Shown: in pieces, positions 32,786 through 44,810 of the stretch
How positions within the stretch are numbered: position 1 is the first letter of the stretch
Layout: each line of letters begins with the position of its first letter
Assembly (NCBI GenBank): GCA_963709405.1
Contig: CAVPXM010000013.1
Coordinates: 46,419 to 110,418 of the forward strand
Source of the DNA: an uncultured Nitrososphaerales archaeon
GTDB taxonomy: Archaea; Thermoproteota; Nitrososphaeria; Nitrososphaerales; Nitrososphaeraceae
Length of the DNA stretch: 64,000 nt
Direction: 5' to 3'
Translations under genes and position numbers: made by a program
Notes under the pieces: model-generated
What the model was told of the DNA's origin: nothing
The model's database searches: none
Seen by the model: the letters and a program-made list of their open reading frames with translations, nothing else

Positions 32786-33279
32786 CTAGCTTCTTCCAGC
32801 ATCTTTTAGCTGCTTCCATCCATTATATCCTCGCTTTCTGATAAGCAACACTTCACCTCTTCTTAACTGACATCCTTTTATTCCGATAAAAGATGCATTA
32901 TTTCTAAAAATTATAACAGGTTCTATCTTCAAGTCATCTAACAAGTTATAGTAGTTAGTAATCAGCATAAGAGGAATCAAAGCCAATCCTTATAAGCTGC
33001 CAAATACTTGGAATATTTCCTATCAAGTATTGTTACTGTTTCGGCAGCCACTTTGAATTCATCAGTGTGCAATCTAACCACTGCTAGAACACACAAGCCA
33101 CTCTTACCTACATCGAAACCGGTCAACAAAAGCTCCTTTTGGTCAATCCTGCATTTGCAGGGAAGTTCTATTACACTCTGGAGATACTCGCACCAGCACG
33201 CCATCTGTTCGTACTCCCCATAGCAGTCAGTTGTCGCATCCTCAGCTATACTTTCTAATTCTCGTTTCGAACCTCTCAA
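32786..33279 (-). mobile_element. Degraded DDE transposase (IS5-like) remnant
   Basis: KIEPVIIFRNNAS..LRRGEV..GYNGWKQLKDAGR resembles IS5/IS903-type C-terminal segments; fragmented. Confidence 0.45.
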
Positions 33280-33629
33280 GTCAGCTAGATATTTTATAAA
33301 GGTGAGCTTTAAAAACTTGAATCCTTCATGCCCCTAATTTGACTTCTAAACAGTCAGAATAACAAAATCTGTATAGTATGCTAGAATTTCGCACGCATAT
33401 TTAATGGCTCCTTAAATATGGAACTAAAGATGATGAGGATATGTTAACAGTTAAAGGAATAGTCCGTATCACATGATTCTCGGTTTGGTCCTTCAAGACG
33501 TTGGTATCTACACTTCGTCATCTCCAGTATATACAACCAACTTAGCGGCTAATGTTTTCCTTCTCTTTTAATTGGTACTATGTGCCCATACGTAGACTTG
33601 GTGTTTGTAATCAACTGTCAAAAATATCT

Positions 33630-33813
33630 GAACCAACATTAGCCATAACTGGAACTGAAGACGTTTCTGTGCCTGCGGCTAATTCATTAATAATGGTGCA
33701 AAATATTCCGGCAGCCTGACTTGTACAGATAAATGGAGGTAGACATGGATTAATGTATCAGTGTCCAGAACAATTCAGTAAAGTCGTAAAGACCTTTTTG
33801 GAAAATCCATTAG
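33630..33813 (+). pseudogene. Alpha/beta hydrolase C-terminal remnant
   Basis: PTLAITGTEDVSVPAANS..IPAA*LVQINGGRHGLMYQCPEQF. Confidence 0.65.
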
Positions 33814-34181
33814 ACCTCATCGAAAGACTGCTTTCTAATTGACCTATATAGATTCTCCCGTCTTTTTTAACTATGCAAAATGGTATTATTGTGACTATAT
33901 TGATATTGCAAGTATCATGCGAATCAATCGAAGGCCCGTTAGACCAGCCTACGATTGACTACGACCTGGAAGCATTAAACTTGGATATACTTCAAGAGGT
34001 TCATCCGAGGTACCAATTATGATAAGTTTTCCATTGATACTAAACCCACCTAATACCGCACTTATTCCTTTCCCTAGAGGTTTACAAGCAATAGATACGA
34101 CGTGGAAATGGTTTACTATCCCTCAAGAGTACAAATATATAAGTTAAGTTCAAGCCTTCGTGCCATGCTCGAAGAGAAACT

Positions 34182-35078
34182 TCAGTTTCTCATAAAAAAA
34201 GGATTACTGAGAAAAAGACATCCTAAGTGGATATTTAAGGGCGATCTCCTTAAACTAGGAGAGGAGATCCAGTATAAAATAAATATTACTATGGACGAAC
34301 AGAGAGGACAGACTTCGTATGCGGTCATTGGACCATACGAAGCTGATACAATCACATTGTTAGGATCACCAGAATCAATAGCGAGTCCATATAGGTAATG
34401 GTGTCTAAGACCTTTAGTCATCCTTTTCCATGATTCTCCGTAGTTAAAACTTTCAAAGTAGCCATCGCCAGCTGAAGAGTATAAACGTCCAGGCGCCTTA
34501 AGATGTGTCAATAGAGTGTGAGTATCAAATGGGCCTTGCTCAACTCTGTCTATCCAGGTTCTACCTCCATCACGACTTTGTACTAGTGCTCCTGCTTCTA
34601 CGGCAACAAAAACATAGTCAATGTTGCTTGCATCTGGTTCGATCCAACGTACATGATGAGTCCAAGGTCTGGGCGGAAAACTCCATGATGCCGATGATGG
34701 TAAATCATTTAGTGCTCCCATTTTTTCCCATGAGTCGCCGCCATCGGTTGAAATGTAAAGCGCACTAGGTTCAGTTCCAACATATACTTTATTAAATTTA
34801 TTTCCATGATCCAGATTGACCGAGACAGACATTATATAAGGACTAGAGATAACGTCTTTTCCAATACTATCCCAGGTTTGGCCCTGGTCATCAGTCTTCC
34901 ATAGGCCATTACCAAATGTCCCGCAGTATGCACGATTAGGATTACGGTGATCAAATGCAATGCTTTGTGGGTGAGTTCCTTTCAAACACTCATGAATGTT
35001 GAGTTTCTTTGAAGATTCATGTACAAGGATCGAATCCTGCATTCCTATCATAATGGTCGTCAAATTGTGACCACGCAT
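34182..35078 (-). CDS. BNR/Asp-box beta-propeller protein, probably truncated at the C-terminus
   Basis: Repeated S/T-x-D-x-G-x-T/S-W boxes (KTDDQGQTW, STDGGDSW, SRDGGRTW, SFNYGESW); WSFPPRPWTHHVRWI. Confidence 0.85.
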   Translation of the reverse strand: MRGHNLTTIMIGMQDSILVHESSKKLNIHECLKGTHPQSIAFDHRNPNRAYCGTFGNGLWKTDDQGQTWDSIGKDVISSPYIMSVSVNLDHGNKFNKVYVGTEPSALYISTDGGDSWEKMGALNDLPSSASWSFPPRPWTHHVRWIEPDASNIDYVFVAVEAGALVQSRDGGRTWIDRVEQGPFDTHTLLTHLKAPGRLYSSAGDGYFESFNYGESWKRMTKGLRHHYLYGLAIDSGDPNNVIVSASYGPMTAYEVCPLCSSIVIFILYWISSPSLRRSPLNIHLGCLFLSNPFFMRN

Positions 35079-35547
35079 ATACTTATGTCGATGACATGTG
35101 GCTGACTTTTCTTATATAGCTTGTATATCTTATTAATGTCGAGGCTCAAGTCTGGCAGAACATATTATTTGAATTGTTGATGTGAAAGCTCTTTTTTTGA
35201 GTCTATATCTTGGTATAGTTCACACCGCAATCTAGATAAAGAAATATTAAATCATCTCGTTGATGTGATTATTCTTGAGACGCTAGTGATTTTAGCCCCC
35301 TGTTCATATCTTCGAACTCACTAATTTGCATAAGCACCAAGATAGTCAGCAAAAACAGTAAGCATAATGAAATAATGAGGCAATATAATACGATTGACGT
35401 TATTTCTACAATTGCCTTTAATAATGTTGTTTATTATTATCTGATATGACTAAAGATATCATTTATCAATGTAGAATCTGCACTATTACTACTACTGCCT
35501 GTCCAATCATCATATCTAATATTGTGAAGGATGTCAGTAAATAGGGC

Positions 35548-38433
35548 ATGCGATTACAAGAATATCATAATAAGAGAAATTTTGAAAAAACCCCTGAGTC
35601 ATATGACAGAACAAACAAATTTGTTAATGACTATTCTCATCGTTTAAAGTTTGTTGTACAGAAACATGATGCCACAAGATTACATTATGATTTTAGATTG
35701 GAAACGGAGGATGGCGTGTTAAAATCATGGGCAGTGCCAAAAGGAATTTCTCTAGATCCTAAAGTGAAACGACTTGCGGTATTAACTGACGATCATCCGT
35801 TAGATTATTTAAACTTTGAAGGTATAATACCTGAAGGAAATTATGGAGCAGGTACTGTAATAGTTTGGGATACCGGTAGCTATATTACAGAAGATCCCAA
35901 GCAAACCCTTTCTCAACAATTCAGGAGAGGCAAAATCGTTTTTAGTTTATTTGGCAAGAAGTTAACTGGCAAATACATCCTAGTGAGGACTGCAAGAGAA
36001 AATCAATGGCTTTTGATAAAAGGTACCGATGAATTTGTATCTACTGAAGATTTGACTACTAGTAGGCCAGAGTCAATCCTGACCAACAGAACAAATGAAG
36101 ATTTGCAAGCAAATATTAGAAAAAAAACCATGACAAATCATCTTGCTCCTCAAGCATTACAAGGTACAGACAATCAAATAATCAATCATGATAATAATAA
36201 AAGTGCAAATAGTAGCAATAGTAGTGAAGAAACAAATTCAACACTACGAAAATTATCTATCACGAAAGATTCTGACTTCCCAGCTAAAATAAAACCCATG
36301 CTAGCTACACCTATTGACAAAGCCTTCGATAGTAAGGAATGGGTCTTTGAAATCAAATGGGATGGAGTTCGCGCTATCCTATTTCTAAACAAAAAGAACG
36401 AGGCAAAGCCATTAATAGAATTATCATCTAGAAGTGGAAACTCTATAACACATAGGTACCCAGAGATAATAGAATCGCTAGATTTAACTAATGCTATAAC
36501 TTGTAAAGGATCAGCTATTTTAGATGGTGAAATTGTTGTATTAAATAATCAAGGCTATCCGGATTTTCAAAGCCATCAGAAAAGAATGAACATTGAATAT
36601 AAAAAAGACATAGAACTCCTCTCACGTGAGATTCCAGCAACATACTATTTATTTGATATTCTATACCTTGATGGTAAATACCTCCAGGATTTAGAGTTCG
36701 TAGAAAGAAGAAGAATTCTATCGGATGTTATTCAGACTAATCATAGAATAAAACTCTCAGAAATCTTTGGACAACACGGCATATCACTATATGATAAAAT
36801 TAAAAGTATAGGTCTTGAAGGTATTATTGCAAAGAAGAAGAGTAGTGTATACTCTCAAGGGACAAGATCTAGAGATTGGTTAAAAATAAAGAATATAAAA
36901 ACTCAAGATTGCGTAGTAATAGGCTATACTAAAGGAGAAGGAAATAGAGAGAAATATTTTGGCTCACTACTGCTCGCTCCATATGATACTGATGCACACG
37001 AGCAAAGATTTGTAGGTCATACAGGAAGTGGATTTAACTTCGAACAACTTGATAATATATATATAAAGCTAAAAGAAATGAGTAGAGACAAATGTCCTAT
37101 CAGATATGTACCATACACTAATCGAGATCCAATCTGGATCAGACCTGAGCTTGTTGCAGAAATAAAGTATAGCAATTGGACAAATGAAAAGATTATGAGA
37201 GCACCTATTTTTCTTAGGTTTAGAGATGATAAAAAGCCAGAGGAATGCACAATAGAAGGCGAACGACATGTTGAAGAACTTGTTGTTGTTGCTAATCCAG
37301 AGGAGAAGCTGAAAAAGGGAGTTGAGCAAAAAGCGACAATAAGAGCAATGATTAAGGATGTACAAAAGAAGCAGAAAAGAATATCCTCATCCTCTTTATC
37401 ATCCTCAATATCAAATGACAGATTCTCTAATCTTGACAAAATCTTCTGGCCAAAAACTAAGGAGCATCCGGAATTAACAAAAAGAGATTTGATTGAATAT
37501 TATAACAAGATCAGTAGATATATTCTTCCACATCTTAAAAATAGACCTCTATCGTTAAGTAGATATCCTGATGGCATTACAGGCAAACATTTTTACGATA
37601 AGAATTGGGATAAAGAAAAACCGTCATACGTGGAGACAATAAAAGTATATTCAACGTCAACCGATAATATTATAAACTATCTAATCTGCAACAATAATGA
37701 TACGTTAGTATGGATAGCTAATTTAGGAAGTATTGAAATGCATCCCTGGTATAGCAGAGTGAACGACTATAATGCATGCAGCAAAGGAATAAATCAAGAC
37801 GACTTGACAGTATTAGATGAAGAAAAGTGTGGGTTAGGATTTCCTGACTTTATCGTCTTTGATCTGGATCCCTACATCTATTCAGGATTTGAACAAAAAG
37901 GGATTGGATCTTCTGCAACAGAACCAGAATACAACATCAAAGGCTTCAAAGCAGCTGTGGATATAGCATTTCATCTGAAAGATCTATTTGATCAGTTAAA
38001 GATCAGAACATACATAAAAACGTCTGGAAAAACCGGTCTCCATATCTATGTGCCAATTGAAGCATCTTCTTATACTTATAAACAGACTAGAAGCTTTGCA
38101 GAAATCATCGGTGCTTTGCTGTTAAGAAGATATTCTGAGAAAATTACAATGCAATGGAATACAACACAAAGAAAAGGAAAAGTTTTCTTTGATCATAATC
38201 AGAATTCAAAAGGAAAAACAATAGCATCAGTCTTTTCAGCTAGACCCACTACGTCAGCAACTGTATCTATGCCTGTAAGATGGGATAAATTAAATGACAT
38301 ATATCCTACTGATTTTACTATACGGAATGTATCTGAGATTATAAATACGTCTACATATGTAGATACTTGGCAGGATATATTCAAAAATAAACAAGATATA
38401 ATCAGAATATTGGAAGATATAAACCTAGATTAG
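35548..38433 (+). CDS. ligD: NHEJ DNA ligase D (phosphoesterase + ATP-dependent ligase + primase-polymerase)
   Basis: PE: FVVQKHDATRLHYDFRLE..LKSWAVPKG; LIG: EIKWDGVR, LDGEIV, EGIIAK, WLKIK; POL: RYPDG, VFDLDP, KTSGKTGLHIYVP, DHNQN. Confidence 0.95.
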   Translation: MRLQEYHNKRNFEKTPESYDRTNKFVNDYSHRLKFVVQKHDATRLHYDFRLETEDGVLKSWAVPKGISLDPKVKRLAVLTDDHPLDYLNFEGIIPEGNYGAGTVIVWDTGSYITEDPKQTLSQQFRRGKIVFSLFGKKLTGKYILVRTARENQWLLIKGTDEFVSTEDLTTSRPESILTNRTNEDLQANIRKKTMTNHLAPQALQGTDNQIINHDNNKSANSSNSSEETNSTLRKLSITKDSDFPAKIKPMLATPIDKAFDSKEWVFEIKWDGVRAILFLNKKNEAKPLIELSSRSGNSITHRYPEIIESLDLTNAITCKGSAILDGEIVVLNNQGYPDFQSHQKRMNIEYKKDIELLSREIPATYYLFDILYLDGKYLQDLEFVERRRILSDVIQTNHRIKLSEIFGQHGISLYDKIKSIGLEGIIAKKKSSVYSQGTRSRDWLKIKNIKTQDCVVIGYTKGEGNREKYFGSLLLAPYDTDAHEQRFVGHTGSGFNFEQLDNIYIKLKEMSRDKCPIRYVPYTNRDPIWIRPELVAEIKYSNWTNEKIMRAPIFLRFRDDKKPEECTIEGERHVEELVVVANPEEKLKKGVEQKATIRAMIKDVQKKQKRISSSSLSSSISNDRFSNLDKIFWPKTKEHPELTKRDLIEYYNKISRYILPHLKNRPLSLSRYPDGITGKHFYDKNWDKEKPSYVETIKVYSTSTDNIINYLICNNNDTLVWIANLGSIEMHPWYSRVNDYNACSKGINQDDLTVLDEEKCGLGFPDFIVFDLDPYIYSGFEQKGIGSSATEPEYNIKGFKAAVDIAFHLKDLFDQLKIRTYIKTSGKTGLHIYVPIEASSYTYKQTRSFAEIIGALLLRRYSEKITMQWNTTQRKGKVFFDHNQNSKGKTIASVFSARPTTSATVSMPVRWDKLNDIYPTDFTIRNVSEIINTSTYVDTWQDIFKNKQDIIRILEDINLD

Positions 38434-39088
38434 GTTAAGATAGATTAAATATAAAACTTTTCTCTAGCGGCATGTTCAATTCCTATTGCTTTGTCTTTAA
38501 CATCTTCTAATTTTTCCTTGACCTTTTTAGCGATATCAGTCATGTCTATCTATATGTTTTATAAAATATTAAGGTAGTAGATTTTGTATCTCTTCTTTTT
38601 GGCTATTACTTAATATCCGATGTTTAAAATACTATATCTGATGGCTGAGATTCTCAAAATACAAACAAAAGTTTAAACCTTAACAACGTGAATGCTATAA
38701 TTCATTACCGCCAATTATTAATATTGTAGCTTTCGGTAGCGGATAATCATATAACAGAATAAATTTGAGTATAATGATATCTCAAATATGATATGCTACT
38801 CAATCTTATAGTACCACATTCTCATATATTATCTTATAACATTAAATAAGCAATTTTCGTGTAGTTGTAATTAGCTGCATGGAGTGGGAAGATTCTTCGC
38901 ATGGAATTTACAGTAAGTCTTATTTTGCCAATGCCATGCTTGTTAATACTAAATATATTACATTATTTGCAGCCTGAAACCTTTATCACCTTTAAATTAA
39001 AGATGTGAGTCTCTAAATAGGTTAGTATTCATGGCCAGCTCATCGATAAGTAATTAACCTGATCAACCAATAGTGATACAATAAGAAA

Positions 39089-39244
39089 ATGGTAGACAAA
39101 CCTATAAAAGAAGAAACTCCGGAACAACGGAGACAACGTTTTTTGTTAGAATTTGAAAATCCATTCAAATGTGAAAAATGTAATCAGAGATTCAAGAAGA
39201 AAAAATATTTAATAGAACATAAAAATGAAGTCCATTCTTATTAA
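39089..39244 (+). CDS. 51-aa C2H2 zinc-finger protein
   Basis: Translated manually: FKCEKCNQRFKKKKYLIEHKNEVH; below the ORF-track size cutoff. Confidence 0.75.
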   Translation: MVDKPIKEETPEQRRQRFLLEFENPFKCEKCNQRFKKKKYLIEHKNEVHSY

Positions 39245-40034
39245 AACCAAGACAGGAAGTATCCAGTGGAGTCAGACCATATGTTACTTGAATGGTATAG
39301 AAATGTGCGTACTCCTCTATATATCTCTCAGGGAGATAAAGTAAAAGCAGGCATAATAGCCATGATGAACAAGTCCGAGAAAAAAGTGCAGCAGTTATAG
39401 TAGATTAGCTCGTGACTAAAACCAAGGAAGCTACCGGTAAGACTTTTACTGGAAAGCAAATGCTAAACCAATATATTTACCCGCTACATACCCAGGGTCT
39501 AATTGATGTAGATAAGAGCATAATAAATGGAAACTATATCATATGCTATTCACCCAATCCGTCATTAACAAACTTAAATTCCTTGTGCAACGAAAAGTCC
39601 GTTAATTTTCAAAAATAAGGATGAATGATAAAAAACAATGATATCTTTACTTTAGAGAATATGCAATATCACAGAATAAATTAATGCTAACAGAATTATG
39701 TGTCTATTAATGTGCGAGAATTAAGTGAATTCAATCCAATATTTAGCAAAAAGCCAAATAAAATGCTAGATCATGCATTAAGATCAAAGAGTCTCGTAGA
39801 ATAGTATTGACTCGGTCATAATGTTCAGTTGAAACGGATTTAACAGACTCATCAATACCATTCCTATTGCTTTTTTGCTGATTGATACCCATATAAAATG
39901 CTCTCGCTGGTCATATTTGGTGATAGTATACAAATCCAACTTAATGTGGTCATTATACTGAATAGCTCACTTAACATCTTCTATCAATAAGTAATCTTAT
40001 GAATCAGTCATTTATTGCAGATCCTACTAGTTCT

Positions 40035-40805
40035 TTATTCTGATATCAATCTTTGTAGATCCAAATAAGCTTCCTTGGTAATCTCACCTTTTGCTAATCG
40101 TATCTTTAGTATCTGTTTTGGATCGTTTTCAGTGGATGTCCCTCTTAATCTTGATCTCGTCAATCCTGCAGCAAGGGCTGATATAAAGGAGCTAGTAATT
40201 CCAATACCAACAAGCATGATAATACCTCCCACTATTCTCCCTGCATAAGTATTAGCGTTCGGTCCAAATGTAGCAGTTGATGTAGTTTGGATTGTCCACC
40301 AAAGAGCATCACCCATAGTTCTTATTTGAGAATTCTCTGAGGTATGTTCAGCAGAATAGAATAAAAATGCCAATATGGTCAGAGTCAAAAAGAAGATTAT
40401 GAATATTTGTAATACTACGTGTCCTCCAAGAATTCTAGACTTTTCCTCCAAAGAGCGTGATAGTTTAATCACATATATTGTTGCTAATACTCTCAACATC
40501 ACTCCTACTGTAATGAATCCATCAGAAATAGCAGAGCTCTGAGCAGCCAATGCAAAAATTACTATCGGTATCATTCCGGGAATTTCATATCAATTATTGA
40601 ACAAATATCTCCTCCATTGCTTAGATTCCTTTATTCTTCTGCAAAAACTAAATGCGATTAGTGCAACAACCAATGTGTCAAAAGAATAAATACCAATGCT
40701 TCCAGCACCTGTTGGCAACACTTGAAACGCAGCAATGAGCACAATTATATCTGCGAGACTAAGAAGAGCAATTAGAATGTCACCTCTTTTCCTTCTCATG
40801 GCCAC
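40035..40805 (-). pseudogene. Potassium-channel-like protein with C-terminal SHOCT-like tail, frameshifted
   Basis: Several TM helices; pore region GDALWWTIQTTSTATFGP..AGRIVG; ILKIRLAKGEITKEAY tail; frameshift near 40590. Confidence 0.75.
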
Positions 40806-41741
40806 TTAAGCGTATTGAAAGTAATAAATCTTGTTCTAGCCACAAGTAATATCTCAAATGCAGTGTATGATTACAATAGCTTTTCTATCTCGAAAATCTT
40901 TAATTGCGAAATTTCTTTACTGAATTTTTTTTATCTTCTATGAATTCTATATCCTATTACTGACTTCAAATGATTTTTAAATTGCATCTAATATCTTTAA
41001 TATCATCAGAAGCTTGAATTAACTTTGCACAATTAAAATAAGTTAGATACTATTTTAACCTTGAAGCCTTATGTGATGATGGTAGAATCTGATAGGTAGT
41101 AGTTGATATTCAAAATGGTTTCATAGCTAAACGTGACCTTACGATCAGTTCGGTATGAATATATCAATATATAATCAGGGCCTGCCAAGATGATCATGGA
41201 GATAGGAGAAATCTTTCGAGGACATGTATGATTTGTTTCACAGAATCATATTTAGAGAACAAAGGACTATGAAGACCAATGACAGATATTGTCGATAGAG
41301 ATTGATAAACGTCGATAATTTGAGGTATGTCAAAACTTAAACTAGACTAAGAACCTATCCCAAAAATAGATAGACATATAGCTTGAGAAGTTTTTTGTAC
41401 TAAGCTTGTTGAAGTAAGGATTGTATTCATTATTGTTTGATCGTCTATTATGTTAACTATTCTTTCTATTTTTGTTTCTTTGTTTATCCTTTTTTGTTTT
41501 TGTTGTCGATTTAATACATCCGTAAGGCGAGCCGTTCTATTAGGTATTTCTTATAAGAAAACATGATAGAAAAACATAGAGTATCTGAAGATAGAATATA
41601 GGTATTTGAAGATCACCATCCTTGCGAGAGAATATGATTGTCATCATTGTTTCTTATAGGTAGAACGTTCCATTTTATTTGCTTTATCAGAAATTCATTG
41701 GTAAATACAGGTAAGTCAGGTAGATAATTTCTTAATTTCCC

Positions 41742-42332
41742 TCAGTTAGGACCTAATCGTGATCTTACTATTTCTACCAAATTTTGTACCTCAATTGGTT
41801 TTTTTATGAAACAGTCAACTTCTAATTTTGGACACAACCTCTTGAAATCGCTAATGTACTCTTCATATGCCGTAATGAAACAGACCTGAGTTTTATTATC
41901 CATGCTTTTAATTTTTTCATATAATTCGAAACCAGTCATATTTGGCATCTTCACATCTAGTAATAGTAAATTATATGTACCGGCCTTGTAATTAGATAGA
42001 ACCAATAAAGGATCATTAAATGCATCTACGGCAAATCCATTTTGCTCCAGGATAAGTTTAAACAACCTTGTGATATCCGGCTCATCATCTACTATAAGAA
42101 TCCTATACTGGATGTCGGAAGGTAGTGTTGATCCTATCTTGACATAAGATGTTGCATCATCTTCTTTAAACTTTTGTTTATGCTTCCCATTAATATAAGA
42201 TAGCTCATGTTGTCGTATATTAGAGAGGCTTGGGCGATTTGGTTGTTCTGGTTGTTTTAAAGATAATGATACAAATAATAATAGCAAAGATTGAACCCGA
42301 TTAATGAAAAATAAATGAATAGTCTTTATCAT
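41742..42332 (-). CDS. Stand-alone response regulator receiver (start uncertain)
   Basis: RILIVDDEPD, LLLLDVKMPNMTGFEL, FITA, FIKKP. Confidence 0.9.
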   Translation of the reverse strand: MIKTIHLFFINRVQSLLLLFVSLSLKQPEQPNRPSLSNIRQHELSYINGKHKQKFKEDDATSYVKIGSTLPSDIQYRILIVDDEPDITRLFKLILEQNGFAVDAFNDPLLVLSNYKAGTYNLLLLDVKMPNMTGFELYEKIKSMDNKTQVCFITAYEEYISDFKRLCPKLEVDCFIKKPIEVQNLVEIVRSRLGPN

Positions 42333-42586
42333 TATATAAATTTATTATATACCAAAGTATTTAGGCGTAGTGCTTTTATAATAACGTCGAAAATAGATTC
42401 TTGTTAATACAAGATGAGATTTATTTCAAACATGTTGCTCATACTCATGCAATTCATTATGATCCTGAATTTTCCCTTTTGTCATTTAATTATTATTTTA
42501 ACTATCTTGCCATAGTCTATTGGTGATCGATCCACTCCACAGATCTATAATCTATTTATTATCTAGTATGTACGTCCATATTAGAA

Positions 42587-43687
42587 TTGATCACGAGACA
42601 AGATATTATAAATATTATTAATAAGTATGACTCAAAACACATCACTGTTGGAGCTATAGGTAGTCATTCTGCATTAGAGATTATGGATGGTGCTAAAGAC
42701 GAAAATATGAAAACATTGTGCATTTGTGAAAAAGGGCGAGATCTCCCGTATAAACGGTTTAAACGGATAACTGATGAAATCGTTTTACTGAATAAATTCT
42801 CTGATATTATGAGTGAGGAGAATCAAAGGAGATTGATACAATCAAATACAATTATTATTGCGCATAGAGCATTTACTGCGTATCTAGGTTATGATAACAT
42901 AGAAACTAAATTATCTGTACCAATATTTGGAAATAGAAGCCTCTTACGTGCTGAAGAACGTAATGCTCATAGGAATCAATATTATCTCCTTGAAAAAGCT
43001 AGAATTAGATACCCCCGAATATATCGTAATGCGTCTGATATCGATGGATTAGCAGTGGTTAAAGTCCAGGAAGCAAAACGAAGATTAGAACGAGCATTTT
43101 TCTTGGTTTCATCATATGAGGATTTCAAAAGAAAAACTAAGATTAGGATTGAAAAGGGACTAATCACTGAGGAAGACGTTAATTCTGCAATTATTGAAGA
43201 ATATATAATTGGTACACATTTTAATTTTAATTTTTTTAGTTCTCCATTAAAGGAAGAAACTGAATTTCTAGGCATCGAAAGGAGATTACAAACCAATATT
43301 AATGATTTTACTACCCTATTGCCAGCTAGACAACAAATGGAAATTGAAATCGAGCCTCAAAATATCGAGGTGGGACACACCCCAGCAAGTATTCGCGAAT
43401 CATTATTAGAAAAAGTATTCGAAATAGGCGATAGATTTACTGCTTCTGTGAAACAAGAATATCCTCCAGGGATAATTGGGCCGTTTTCTTTGCAAAGTAT
43501 AGTAACATTAGAACTTGACTTAGCAGTTTATGATGTCTCATTAAGAGTTCCAGGAAACCCTATAATGGCAACCACAAGTCCATACACAAAATATTATTAT
43601 GGCAATACAATAGGCGTGGGACGAAGAATTGCGATGGAAATAAAAAATGCGATAACAGAAGGAAGGCTTGAAGAAATTGTAACCTAA
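42587..43687 (+). CDS. purP: FAICAR synthetase, PurP family (ATP-grasp)
   Basis: GSHSALEIMDGAKDE, FGNRSLLRAEER, GHTPASIRESLLEKVF, PPGIIGPFSLQ, GRRIAMEIK. Confidence 0.92.
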   Translation: MITRQDIINIINKYDSKHITVGAIGSHSALEIMDGAKDENMKTLCICEKGRDLPYKRFKRITDEIVLLNKFSDIMSEENQRRLIQSNTIIIAHRAFTAYLGYDNIETKLSVPIFGNRSLLRAEERNAHRNQYYLLEKARIRYPRIYRNASDIDGLAVVKVQEAKRRLERAFFLVSSYEDFKRKTKIRIEKGLITEEDVNSAIIEEYIIGTHFNFNFFSSPLKEETEFLGIERRLQTNINDFTTLLPARQQMEIEIEPQNIEVGHTPASIRESLLEKVFEIGDRFTASVKQEYPPGIIGPFSLQSIVTLELDLAVYDVSLRVPGNPIMATTSPYTKYYYGNTIGVGRRIAMEIKNAITEGRLEEIVT

Positions 43688-43692
43688 ATTTG

Positions 43693-44124
43693 TCATCGTT
43701 CTATTGGCTCTTCAAATAAATTCTTTCGTATCTTTATTGGTACATCATAGTAAGCAGCTAATGCAATAGAGTCTGAAGCGCGATAATTTCGCAATACTAG
43801 ATAATCTTTCCTTCCTTTGAAATATAAGTTTGCCCGTAAGACCGAGCCGCTTTGATACACTTTTACTTCAGTTAGAAGAAGATCTTGCATAACTGCTATC
43901 TCTTCTACCAGATTATAGATTGTAGGTATTGTATTCTTATCGCCTTCTTGAAACCTTGAAATATGTCTGGCAACTTCACCAGAAAATGCACGCATCGGAA
44001 ATTCTCTTCCTTCAAACGTTTTTAAGATGACAATACCTTCTAGCCCTAGTTGATCTGCAAAACCAACATAACTTATTTTCACCAATACATACTCTTCATC
44101 TTCTTCTGGATAGCTGCCAGGCAT
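43693..44124 (-). CDS. Bifunctional nuclease family (DUF151) protein
   Basis: IVILK..FPM..GEVA..PTIYNL..LRANLY..RASDSIALA..PIKI. Confidence 0.8.
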   Translation of the reverse strand: MPGSYPEEDEEYVLVKISYVGFADQLGLEGIVILKTFEGREFPMRAFSGEVARHISRFQEGDKNTIPTIYNLVEEIAVMQDLLLTEVKVYQSGSVLRANLYFKGRKDYLVLRNYRASDSIALAAYYDVPIKIRKNLFEEPIER

Positions 44125-44810
44125 TACAACTGATTATACATTGCTTGGAATTAAAGGTTCTAGTTTATTATACGCTTGTGCTCCTTATCTTATTAGAATC
44201 GTTAACTCTTGAATTAAGATTAAAAACTATACAGTCCATCCTATTCCAGTATTCTTGAATAATTCACCTTCATATTGCTGGATTTGGTAAAATAGAAGAG
44301 TGATCAGATGAGTCCGCCGAATAACAACAATACTAGCAGGCCCTACTATAGTTAAAACGATGGCTATTCTCGGTTATAGTGTACGCTGATCATATTCAGT
44401 CTCAGTCAGGCCATTATATCATTCCCTAGTTACTGGTTTGGTTAAGTTTTGTGTATCATACCTTACAGCTGCCCTCCACCCTAATAATTATAAATCTAAT
44501 AATTATAAAACTAGTTAGGATAGGTATCAGATATCTAGAACATAGACTATATCCTTTGTCTACAGAGACGTTACCAGAAAATAGATTCATAAAAGGAGCG
44601 TCTATTTTTCTGAGATTGAGAAAACTTGAACTTGTCTTGTTTTGAGCCGCCATACATAATTAAATGAAATAATATACTTGCGCTAGTAAATCCTTTTTAT
44701 AATGGTCATAGAAATAGCGAAGTTCGATTAAAGTGAATATTACTATATATTAAAATATGAAAGTGTAATTGTAGAGCTTCAATGAGTAGTCAAAACTTTA
44801 TTAGAAGATC

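Noticed and set aside
34102-34398. 98-aa plus-strand ORF overlapping the BNR gene end
   Set aside because: Looks like a chimera at a rearrangement junction; no motif
41348-41365. IS5-like TIR pairing with 13627-13644 as a composite transposon
   Set aside because: The two ends face away from each other, are imperfect, are 28 kb apart, and no transposase adjoins the second
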